64,000 nt of DNA, taken from an uncultured Staphylococcaceae bacterium (lineage in GTDB: Bacteria > Bacillota_I > Bacilli_A > ML615J-28 > CAG-313). Position 1 is the first letter of the stretch. Every line of letters starts with the position of its first letter. Location of the stretch: the NCBI GenBank assembly GCA_964409955.1, contig CAYPEY010000004.1:1569-65568 (forward strand), in the 5' to 3' direction. Positions 19,264 to 27,309 of this stretch are shown one piece after another. The notes below the pieces were generated by a model. The model ran no database searches. It was not told where the DNA came from and worked only from the letters and a program-made list of their open reading frames with translations. Both the position numbers and the translations under genes were made by a program.

Positions 19264-20274
19264 ATGAATTTAAATGAATTAAAAAAATTAATTAATGAAA
19301 TTGTAGACCCATCTAATGAAATGACAATCGGTGAAACTGAATCTTTAAAACACATCGGTTACGATGAAGAAAAAGACGTTGTCATCTTAACAGTTGCGAT
19401 GGGACGTTTAGGCGGAGAAAATGAAAAGAAATTTAAAAGAGAAATTGCAAGAATCGTAAAAGTTGAAGCAGGATTCACAGGACTTCAATTAAAACTTGAA
19501 GAATCAAAAATCTTTGGAAGTATCACACAAAAACCTATTCACTTCATCGGTGTAATTAGTGGTAAAGGTGGAGTTGGTAAAAGTAGTGTAGCCGCAAACA
19601 TCGCCTACAGAATGTCAAAAAGAGGAATTAAAGTTGGTGTAATAGATGCTGACGTATATGGTTCAAGCCTACCTACTATTTTTGAAATTTCTCATCAAAA
19701 CCCTAGATTTGATGAAAAGAAAAAAATTCTTCCAATTTTAAATAACAACATTGAATTAATCTCTACTGAATTCTTTACAAATCCCGGTCAACCCGTTATT
19801 TGGAGAGGTGGAATGCTAAATAGTATGATTTCTCACTTCTTCTATGATGTTAAATGGCATGATGATACAGAGTATATCATTGTTGACTTCCCACCAGGAA
19901 CAGGGGATATTACCCTTGATATTAAATCAATTGTACCTCAAGCAAAAATGTTACTTGTAACTACACCTCATCCTTCTGCAAGTCATGTTGCTATTAAAGC
20001 AGGACATGCGGCAAAAACACTAGGTCATGAACTTCTTGGTGTAATTGAAAATATGTCATATTATATTAATCCAGTAAACAATCAAAAAGACAATATCTTT
20101 GGTGAGGGTGGAGGATTAAAAGTTGCGCAAGGTTTAGAAACTGAACTAGTTGCTCAACTTCCAATCGGTCAACCTAAATATCATCAAGATTTATACGAAA
20201 TAGATGAGGTAGCAGGAAAAGTTTACGATGAAATAGTAGACTTCATTGTATTCAAAACACAAAACAATCTATAA
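19264..20274 (+). CDS. Mrp/NBP35 family iron-sulfur cluster carrier ATPase
   Basis: It has an N-terminal DUF59-like segment, the deviant Walker A GKGGVGKSS, and the motifs DADVYGSS and ENMSY. Confidence 0.9.
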   Translation: MNLNELKKLINEIVDPSNEMTIGETESLKHIGYDEEKDVVILTVAMGRLGGENEKKFKREIARIVKVEAGFTGLQLKLEESKIFGSITQKPIHFIGVISGKGGVGKSSVAANIAYRMSKRGIKVGVIDADVYGSSLPTIFEISHQNPRFDEKKKILPILNNNIELISTEFFTNPGQPVIWRGGMLNSMISHFFYDVKWHDDTEYIIVDFPPGTGDITLDIKSIVPQAKMLLVTTPHPSASHVAIKAGHAAKTLGHELLGVIENMSYYINPVNNQKDNIFGEGGGLKVAQGLETELVAQLPIGQPKYHQDLYEIDEVAGKVYDEIVDFIVFKTQNNL

Positions 20275-20284
20275 AAGTATAAAA

Positions 20285-20310
20285 ACAGGAATTGCAAAAT
20301 TCCTGTTTTT
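20285..20310 (+). terminator. Intrinsic terminator between convergent genes
   Basis: The stem acaggaatt/aattcctgt has a 4-nt loop, followed by TTTTT. It is flanked by an A-run on the other side. Confidence 0.7.
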
Positions 20311-20326
20311 AATTTGCTATTATATT

Positions 20327-20767
20327 TTATACTACATTATATCCTAATTCCCTCATTGCGTCTTTATAACGCTCCAAAACTGAATTTAATTTAGTAGATG
20401 GTGAAAGTGATGAATTCTTACAAATAGTTTCTGTTAATTTATTAAAACTATATTCACTATATAAATCTCCACTGCCAATTAAACCAGAAAGTGTTGTTGT
20501 TAAATCAAAAACTAATTTATCATTTACAGACATAATTGTCTCAACATAGACTTGATAATCGAATAATGTATTCAATTCCATACGATATTGCTGATTATCA
20601 TCATATATAGCCTGTTCAGGACCAGCATTTTGTCCATCTAACAAATCAAACATAATCATAAAGATAATTTCATTATTTATACCATTAGTTCCATTATTAA
20701 CATCATAAAACACAAAGCAATCATTCTGGCAAACTCCGGTTATAACATAAATTTTTTTAAAATTCAA
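20327..20767 (-). CDS. Hypothetical protein (uncertain gene)
   Basis: This is a 146-aa ORF with protein-like composition. The only start at the 5' end is a TTG with no visible SD. No family was recognised. Confidence 0.35.
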   Translation of the reverse strand: MNFKKIYVITGVCQNDCFVFYDVNNGTNGINNEIIFMIMFDLLDGQNAGPEQAIYDDNQQYRMELNTLFDYQVYVETIMSVNDKLVFDLTTTLSGLIGSGDLYSEYSFNKLTETICKNSSLSPSTKLNSVLERYKDAMRELGYNVV

Positions 20768-20913
20768 GATTTTTTGTAAAAATCAAATTTCCAATTTTGT
20801 AACTTTTCTTTCGCTTTTTTTTAAAAAATAATGTGTTTTCAATTTTACGTTCATTTTTGTACTTGATTAACTTAAAAATTCTCAATTTTTTAACTAAAAT
20901 TTTTTACATAAAA

Positions 20914-20935
20914 ATAGGTGTACATGTACACCTAT
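20914..20935 (-). terminator. Perfect palindromic terminator after the alaS-ruvX-DUF1292 operon
   Basis: The palindrome ataggtgtaca/tgtacacctat is flanked by A5 and T5 runs, so it could act in both directions. Confidence 0.75.
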
Positions 20936-20944
20936 TTTTATTTA

Positions 20945-21280
20945 TTATGCTCTATTTTCACAATCTTCAGTACATCCTTCACATTCACCAGAACATTGAG
21001 AATCGAAATCAGCTACTGCAGATTCAATAAATTCCCATTCTTCATCAGTTTCGATTTCATGAAGTTCACCTTGACCATCTTCACCTTCTGTGAAACTTGC
21101 TGCCATTAATTCTACTTGTCCATCATCTTCAGCATCAGTTAATGTTGAAATTTCATAAAATACAACATATTTTTTACCGAAATCTTCAGATTCTAAAGTG
21201 AATAGAATTTGACATAATCTTTCATTTCCATCAGCGTCAATTATTGTTAATTGACCATCTACTAAATTTTGGTTTTCCAT
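20945..21280 (-). CDS. DUF1292 (UPF0473, YrzB-like) protein with a Cys-rich C-terminal tail
   Basis: DGQLTIIDADGNERLCQILFTLESEDFGKKYVVFYE...ELMAASF...EWEFIE is the DUF1292 pattern. Its position after ruvX is conserved in Bacillota. The extra tail is CSGECEGCTEDCENRA. Confidence 0.8.
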   Translation of the reverse strand: MENQNLVDGQLTIIDADGNERLCQILFTLESEDFGKKYVVFYEISTLTDAEDDGQVELMAASFTEGEDGQGELHEIETDEEWEFIESAVADFDSQCSGECEGCTEDCENRA

Positions 21281-21296
21281 AATATTTATCTCCTTT

Positions 21297-21716
21297 TTAT
21301 TTTTTTATACTATCTAAATATGATTGTAAAATTAGAGTAGCAGATAAAGTATCAACTTTAGTCTTTCTTTTCGCTCTACTCCAATCAGCTGATATCATAA
21401 TTTTAGTAACTTCAACTGTTGAAAGTCTTTCATCAAATAAGATTACCTCAAGTCCTGTTTCAGATTCAAGAATTTTTTTAAATTCCATTACATATTCACC
21501 TTGAGGGCCTATTGTTCCATTCATATTTTTAGGAAGACCCATAACAATTTTTTCTACTTTTCTTTCAGCTATGTACATTTTAACATATTCTAAACATTTT
21601 TGCAAATCTTTATCTCTAAAATGCACAGTTGTTATAGATGTTGCAATAATACCCATTGGATCACTTATTGCAATTCCGCAAGTTCTGTTTCCAAGATCAA
21701 GTCCAATATATCTCAT
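21297..21716 (-). CDS. ruvX: Putative pre-16S rRNA nuclease / Holliday junction resolvase-like protein (YqgF)
   Basis: MRYIGLDLGNRTCGIAISD...GLPKNMNGT...DERLST are YqgF family motifs. The start overlaps the alaS stop by 1 nt. Confidence 0.9.
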   Translation of the reverse strand: MRYIGLDLGNRTCGIAISDPMGIIATSITTVHFRDKDLQKCLEYVKMYIAERKVEKIVMGLPKNMNGTIGPQGEYVMEFKKILESETGLEVILFDERLSTVEVTKIMISADWSRAKRKTKVDTLSATLILQSYLDSIKK

Positions 21717-24415
21717 TATAGTTTTTCCCTTACTACAAGTAAAGCTTTATCTACATCTGATACATTCTTACCACCAGCTTGAGCAAAGTCTGGACGACCT
21801 CCACCATTACCTCCAGTAGCAATAGCAGCTTCTTTAACAAGTTGACCACAATTAACTTTATTACCTTTTGATTTAGCTATAAAGATAATCTTATTTTGAT
21901 CTGCAAATACATCCGCAAAGAAAACAACACAATTGTTATAATCATTTGAAATCTTATCAATGATATCTTTTAAACCATTAACATCAACATTTTCAACTTT
22001 TGCGATAATTACATCAGTTCCGTTAATGTTTTCTGCATTTTCTTCAAAACGTTTGTAATCAGCGGAATCTTTACTTCTTTTTTGACTGTCATATTCTTTT
22101 TCAATATCTTTTTGGATCTTTTTAGCATTTTCAAATGCTTCACGATAATTTAAAATATCTTTATAACTACCAACAAGAGTAGGAATTACAATTTGTGGCT
22201 TTACTAAACTATAACCTTCTTCTGTCCCTTTATTATATAAAGCATTTACTTTAGATATAACTGAAAGAATTTCATTTTTCATATTTTCAATTACTTTTTC
22301 AACTACTTCAAGCGTATTAGAAGTTGCTACAGCCTCAATTCTAAAAATTCCAGAACCTTTAGATTCAATACTTGTAATTGCAAAGTTAGGAATATCACCA
22401 GTACTTGCAACATGAGTTCCACCACATAATTCCTTACTGAAATCCATATCTACAAGTCTAACAACATCTCCATATTTTTCACCGAATAATGCTTGAGCTC
22501 CTCTTGCTTTAGCATCTTCAATTGATGTTTCAATTACTTGAACCGGGTAATTATCGTTAATTACTTTTCTTACTAAATCTTCTACTTTTAAAATTTCTTC
22601 AGTAGTTAAATTTTGATAATGGTTAAAGTCAAATCTTAAATTTTCACTAGAAACATATGATCCATGTTGAGCTACGTGACTGCCTAATACTTTTCTTAAC
22701 GCTTCATTTAATAGGTGAGTTGCAGAGTGATTTTGAGAAGTCATTTTTCTTAAATTTTCATCTACATTAACTTTAATTACACTATTTTCTTCTAAACAAA
22801 TATTTCCTAAATCAATAGTATGGATATGTTGACCATTTGGCATCTTTACAGTATCTAGAACACTGCATCGAGCACCATCAACAACTACAACTCCTTGGTC
22901 ACCAACTTGACCACCCATTTCCGCATAGAATGGTGTTTTATCTAGTACTACTTGAACAAGACCATCAGCAGATGATACTTTCTTACCGTTTTTAAAGATA
23001 GCTATTACTTTTGAATCTTCTTCTAAATTAGTATAACCAGTAAACTCACAAAATTCTTTATAATTTAAGTATTCTTCATTTTGAGTATTCATTGATTGTT
23101 CATCATTACGAGCAGCACGTGCTCTTGCTTTTTGCTTATTTAATTCTTCTTTGAATCCAGCAAGGTCAACAGTAAATCCTGCATCTTCAGCAGCTTCTTC
23201 TGTTAATTCAATAGGGAATCCAAATGTATCATATAATAAGAAAGCATTTTCCCCTGAAATAACTTTATCACTAGAATTTTTAATAATTTCAGCAAGTTTC
23301 TTTTCTCCAGATGCAAGTGTTCTTAAGAAATTTTCTTCTTCGATTTTAATAACTTTTTCTACAACCGCTTGTTGTTCAACTAAATAACCATAGAATTCTT
23401 TCATGTTATCAACTACTAGTGATACCATTTTATATAAGAATGCTTCGTTAATACCAAGTTTTCTACCATATCTTACAGCTCTTCTTAAAATTCTTCTAAG
23501 AACGTAACCTCTACCTTCATTAGAAAGCATTGCGCCATCTGCTACCGCAAACGTTACACTTCTAATGTGGTCAACGATAACTCTAAACGCCATTTTATAT
23601 TCTGAATCACTATATGATTTTTTTGTGTAGTTTTGTAAGAATTCAACATATGGCCAGAAAAGGTCAGTTTCATAGTTAGTTTCTGTTTCTTGGAAAATGC
23701 AAGCAAGACGTTCAAGACCACTTCCAGTATCAATATTTTTACTTGGAAGTTCTGGATAGTCTTCTCTAGCAAGACCTGTTACAGAATTAAATTGACTAAA
23801 TACAATATTCCAAATTTCAATATAACGGTCATTTTCAATATCTTCTTTTAACATCTTAATCCCGATGTTTTCAGGGTCATACTTAGTTCCTCTATCATAG
23901 AAAATTTCAGTATCAGGTCCACATGGCCCTTCACCAATTTCCCAGAAGTTATCTTCTATTGCAACTAAATGACTAGGTTCAACTCCAAGAGATACCCATT
24001 TTTCATAAGTTTTTTTGTCTTCAGGGTAATATGTAATATAAATTAAATCTTTATCAAATCCATACCACTCTTCACTAAATAATAATTCATAAGCCCAAGT
24101 TAAAACTTCTTCTCTAAAATAATCACCAATTGAGAAATTTCCAAGCATTTCAAAGAAAGTATGATGTCTTGCAGTTTTACCAACATTATCAATATCATTT
24201 GTTCTAATTGATTTTTGTGCATTACACATTCTAGGATTATTTGGAACAACACGTCCATCAAAATATTTCTTTAGTGGTGCAACACCAGCATTAATCCAAA
24301 GTAAAGTTGGATCATTATGTGGAACAAGTGATGCACTAGGAATTATCTCATGTCCTTTTGAAGAAAAGAAATCTAACCATAATTGTCTTATCTCATTTCC
24401 TGTTAATTTTTTCAT
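21716..24415 (-). CDS. alaS: Alanine--tRNA ligase
   Basis: At 899 aa, it contains FFSSKGHEIIPSASLVP, HHTFFEMLGNFSFGDYF-like and the editing-domain motif HSATHLL. The C-terminal region is DHHA1-like. Confidence 0.97.
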   Translation of the reverse strand: MKKLTGNEIRQLWLDFFSSKGHEIIPSASLVPHNDPTLLWINAGVAPLKKYFDGRVVPNNPRMCNAQKSIRTNDIDNVGKTARHHTFFEMLGNFSIGDYFREEVLTWAYELLFSEEWYGFDKDLIYITYYPEDKKTYEKWVSLGVEPSHLVAIEDNFWEIGEGPCGPDTEIFYDRGTKYDPENIGIKMLKEDIENDRYIEIWNIVFSQFNSVTGLAREDYPELPSKNIDTGSGLERLACIFQETETNYETDLFWPYVEFLQNYTKKSYSDSEYKMAFRVIVDHIRSVTFAVADGAMLSNEGRGYVLRRILRRAVRYGRKLGINEAFLYKMVSLVVDNMKEFYGYLVEQQAVVEKVIKIEEENFLRTLASGEKKLAEIIKNSSDKVISGENAFLLYDTFGFPIELTEEAAEDAGFTVDLAGFKEELNKQKARARAARNDEQSMNTQNEEYLNYKEFCEFTGYTNLEEDSKVIAIFKNGKKVSSADGLVQVVLDKTPFYAEMGGQVGDQGVVVVDGARCSVLDTVKMPNGQHIHTIDLGNICLEENSVIKVNVDENLRKMTSQNHSATHLLNEALRKVLGSHVAQHGSYVSSENLRFDFNHYQNLTTEEILKVEDLVRKVINDNYPVQVIETSIEDAKARGAQALFGEKYGDVVRLVDMDFSKELCGGTHVASTGDIPNFAITSIESKGSGIFRIEAVATSNTLEVVEKVIENMKNEILSVISKVNALYNKGTEEGYSLVKPQIVIPTLVGSYKDILNYREAFENAKKIQKDIEKEYDSQKRSKDSADYKRFEENAENINGTDVIIAKVENVDVNGLKDIIDKISNDYNNCVVFFADVFADQNKIIFIAKSKGNKVNCGQLVKEAAIATGGNGGGRPDFAQAGGKNVSDVDKALLVVREKL

Positions 24416-24453
24416 TATTTTCTCCTAATTTTAAATTTTTATTTATTATTCCA

Positions 24454-24680
24454 TAAAAAAATCGTTCCTTATATAATAAGGAACGATTAATATTATCTAT
24501 CGCGGTACCATCCTAATTTATAAAACTTATAGTCTTATACCCTCAAATTGTTTTAACGCAGGACTTGCGGGAAGGATTAGTTCCTCTAGTAAAGGAGCTT
24601 CTAATTACACTTATTATGATTTCACACCAGCCAATCACTCTCTTAAAATATTGTAATTATACTTATCTTTACGTTAACGA
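24454..24680 (-). promoter_or_regulatory. T-box leader (tRNA-Ala responsive) controlling alaS
   Basis: The following elements read on the minus strand. Stem I is GTAAAG...CTTTAC and TAATTACA...TGTAATTA, with an AGAGA bulge and a GGCUGGUGUGA distal loop. The specifier loop has an AAGUA 5' side and a GAA-GCU-C 3' side (GCU is plus-strand 24596-24598). The T-box motif AAATTAGGATGGTACCGCG corresponds to plus-strand 24501-24519. The terminator AATCGTTCCTTAT/ATAAGGAACGATT plus T7 lies at 24454-24488. Confidence 0.85.
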
Positions 24681-24690
24681 TTTATTTATA

Positions 24691-27285
24691 TTAAGCAGCT
24701 TTATTATTTTTATTATTTAAAGCTTCTTGTGCAGCCTTTGCTTCTTCTTCAGCTTTTTTAGCTCTTGCTTCAGCTCTCTTTAAAGCTTTTGCAGCTTTTT
24801 CTGCATCTGCTTGTTCTTTAGCAGCTTGTTCTTGAGCGGCTTGAGCTTCAGCAGCTTCAGATTCTGCCTTTGCTTTAGCTTTTTCTAAAGCTTTTTGAGC
24901 TTTTTCTGCTTTTGCTTCTGCAGCCTCAGCTTCAGCTTTTGCTTTTTCTTCTGCTTCTTTTTTAGCTTTTAAAGTAGCAGCCCTTTTTGCTTTTGCAGCT
25001 TCTTTCTTAGCAGCTTCTTCTTCTGGAGTTAATTCCTTTTTAGCAGCTTCTTTCTTAGCAGCTTCAACTTCTTTAGCAGCTTTAGCTACTTTCTTTTCGG
25101 CTTCTTTTTCTGCTTTTTCAACTTCTTTTTCTGCTTTAGCTACTTTCTTTTCGGCTTCTTTTTCTGCTTTTTCAACTTCTTTTTCAGCCTTAGCTACTTT
25201 CTTTTCAGCTTCTTTTAAAGCTTTTGCTGTTTGTTTTTCTAATTCTTCAGCTTCTTTTTCTGCTTCTTTTCTTGCAGCCTCAGCAGCTTCTGCTTCTTGA
25301 CGAGCTTTTTCAGCAGCTTCTGCATCAAGTTCTGCTTGTTTTCTTGCAGCTTCTGCAGCTTCTGCTTCTTGAGCGGCTTTTTCTTCTGCTTCTTTTCTTG
25401 CAGCTTCTGCAGCAGCTAATTCTTGAGCAGCTTTTTCTTCTGCTTCTTTTCTTGCAGCTTCAACAGCAGCTAATTCTTGAGCAGCTTTTTCTTCTGCTTC
25501 TTTTCTTGCAGCTTCTGCAGCTTCTTTAATAGCTTTAGCAGTTTCTTTTTCAGCTTTAGCTTGAGCAGCAGCTTCTTGTTTAGCACGCTTTTCAGCTTCT
25601 TTTTCTGCTTTTTCAGCATCTTTTTGAGCCTTTGCAATGATCTTTTCAGCTTCTTTTAACTTTTCACGGTTTTGACGTTCAAGTTCTTTAGCTTCTGCTT
25701 TTGCTTTTTCTTCTGCTTCCTTAGCTTCTTGAACTGCTTTTTCCCATGCAAGTTCAGCATCTAATGATTCAGATACTAATTTCTTTAAGAATTCAGGATC
25801 AAGTTCACCTGTATTAACAATCTTTAACCAGTTACCAGCTTTTGGAGTTTTAGCAACTTCGATTTGTCCAGGGTATCCTTGTAAGTAATCAAGTAATGCA
25901 GCTTCTTCAACGAAGAAAGTTACACGATAATCACTTGAAGTTTTTTGCATTAATAAGTAAGGTTTAGCACCAACCATAAATTTATGTTGATTTCCTGCTG
26001 GATTTACAACAACACTTAAATCTTCATGATTTAATTTTTGAGCAAATTCAATCATTTCTTCATAACTTGGTACGAATACTTTTTCTTTCTTAGGAGCAGC
26101 TTCAACAGGTTTTTCTTCTGCTTTGACTTCAACAACTTCTTCAGTTGGAACTTCAGCTTCTTGAGAAGCCTCTGATACTTCTTCAGCAACTTCAGGTTCA
26201 TTTTTAGTTTGAAGTTTAGCAACTTTTTCTTTTAATTCTGCCTCTGCAGCATTTAACGCTTCGTTTTCAACATTTAAAGCTTCTTTTTCTTTATTTAATG
26301 ATTCATTAACAAGTTCTAATTCTTTCTTTAATGTTTCAAGTTCAGCATTTGCAACATCAAGTTTAACTTTATTTTGTAATTCAGCATAAGCAACAGCCAT
26401 TTGATTATATTGAGCAACAGCTGTTTTTTGATTTGCTTTTGATGATTTTAATTCTTGTTTTAATGTAGCAAGTTGATCAGATTCAACAACTACTTGACTA
26501 GGAGCAATACTTACTTCAACGTTTTCATCAATTTCATCTTCATAAACTAAACGTTCATTAGTATATTGATTCATTGAATATAAGATATAAAGTTCAGCAT
26601 TGTAATAAGCTTTTTCTCTAGTTTGAGCCCATTTATCTACCATTTCTTGTTTGCTTCTATTTTCGAACACTTCTTGAGTTAAATATAAAGTAGTAACTCT
26701 ATAAGCAATAACACCAAGAATTCCAACACCTAAAATAATGCAGAAAGCAACGTTCACAGCAGAACTATTTGTTAAAGCAACATCTTGGAATTTATCAAGA
26801 ACTAATGATTTCATTGCAAAAATATCTAATGCAAAGATTACATAAATTGCAATATCTAGTACACTAACTTCATTTTTGCTTAAAGCTAAGTTAACTTTAT
26901 CCATTGCACAAAGTAGTACCATTACAAGTCCTACTGCAACTAGAGCACAAAGGATAACTGTATAAACAAATCTATTAAATGTTAAGACAGACATAGGAGC
27001 TGTACGATTTAATAAGAATACAACATAAACAGATAATGAAACTAAATATGCAACTACTGGAGCATATCCAATAACTGATAAGAAACGATTGTTAGGACGA
27101 TATTCATTAAATTTATGTGCTGTAATAATAATATTTAAAATTGCAATAACTGCTGGTAAAGCAATTAATTTAACAATAACTTCGGCATTACCAAATGTTT
27201 TCCCAAAAGGAATATACATAAGAAGTGATAAACCAATACCTACTAAACCTAAAATAAATGATAAACGATGGTTATTCTTTTTCAT
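24691..27285 (-). CDS. Polytopic membrane protein with coiled coil, MmcQ/YjbR-like domain and an Ala/Glu/Lys repeat tail (function unknown)
   Basis: There are about six N-terminal TM helices, then heptad-like coiled coil. The domain is ...HKFMVGAKPYLLMQKTSSDYRVTFFVEEAALLDYLQGYPGQIEVAKTPKAGNWLKIVNTGELDPEFLKKLVSES. A tail of about 350 aa follows, with KEAEEKAAQELAA and AEKEVEKAEKEAEKKVAK repeats. The start is set at the ATG at 27283-27285; the track start is a GTG. Confidence 0.6.
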   Translation of the reverse strand: MKKNNHRLSFILGLVGIGLSLLMYIPFGKTFGNAEVIVKLIALPAVIAILNIIITAHKFNEYRPNNRFLSVIGYAPVVAYLVSLSVYVVFLLNRTAPMSVLTFNRFVYTVILCALVAVGLVMVLLCAMDKVNLALSKNEVSVLDIAIYVIFALDIFAMKSLVLDKFQDVALTNSSAVNVAFCIILGVGILGVIAYRVTTLYLTQEVFENRSKQEMVDKWAQTREKAYYNAELYILYSMNQYTNERLVYEDEIDENVEVSIAPSQVVVESDQLATLKQELKSSKANQKTAVAQYNQMAVAYAELQNKVKLDVANAELETLKKELELVNESLNKEKEALNVENEALNAAEAELKEKVAKLQTKNEPEVAEEVSEASQEAEVPTEEVVEVKAEEKPVEAAPKKEKVFVPSYEEMIEFAQKLNHEDLSVVVNPAGNQHKFMVGAKPYLLMQKTSSDYRVTFFVEEAALLDYLQGYPGQIEVAKTPKAGNWLKIVNTGELDPEFLKKLVSESLDAELAWEKAVQEAKEAEEKAKAEAKELERQNREKLKEAEKIIAKAQKDAEKAEKEAEKRAKQEAAAQAKAEKETAKAIKEAAEAARKEAEEKAAQELAAVEAARKEAEEKAAQELAAAEAARKEAEEKAAQEAEAAEAARKQAELDAEAAEKARQEAEAAEAARKEAEKEAEELEKQTAKALKEAEKKVAKAEKEVEKAEKEAEKKVAKAEKEVEKAEKEAEKKVAKAAKEVEAAKKEAAKKELTPEEEAAKKEAAKAKRAATLKAKKEAEEKAKAEAEAAEAKAEKAQKALEKAKAKAESEAAEAQAAQEQAAKEQADAEKAAKALKRAEARAKKAEEEAKAAQEALNNKNNKAA
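25081..25215. repeat. In-frame 54-bp tandem repeat (about 2.5 copies)
   Basis: Copies start at 25081, 25135 and 25189 and encode AEKEVEKAEKEAEKKVAK units. Confidence 0.85.
25258..25530. repeat. In-frame 54-bp tandem repeat block (three near-identical core copies plus diverged flanks)
   Basis: Core copies start at 25381, 25435 and 25489 and encode EAARKEAEEKAAQELAAx units. Diverged copies lie near 25258 and 25330. Confidence 0.85.
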
Positions 27286-27309
27286 AGTTTTGTTCACCCT
27301 TTCCTAGTA

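Noticed and set aside
20833-21109. Two short plus-strand ORFs (65 and 63 aa) in and next to the DUF1292 gene
   Set aside because: They overlap the terminator palindrome and the antisense strand of DUF1292. Their AT-rich translations look random.
23554-23772. Same-strand 72-aa ORF inside alaS (and 27591-27797 inside the 544-aa gene)
   Set aside because: Both are out-of-frame internal ORFs within strongly supported genes, with no independent signals.
25224-25659. Leu/Phe-rich plus-strand ORFs (101 and 60 aa)
   Set aside because: These are the reverse-complement reading of the Ala/Glu/Lys repeat tail (GCN/GAA/AAA read antisense gives L/F/S). They are a compositional artefact.
24691-25750. Ala/Glu/Lys-rich repeat tail as a surface adhesin, M-protein-like or TolA-like domain
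   Set aside because: There is no signal peptide cleavage site, LPXTG motif or choline or cell-wall binding motif. An even number of N-terminal TM helices with a basic N-terminus predicts a cytoplasmic tail. The resemblance to TolA domain II is compositional only.
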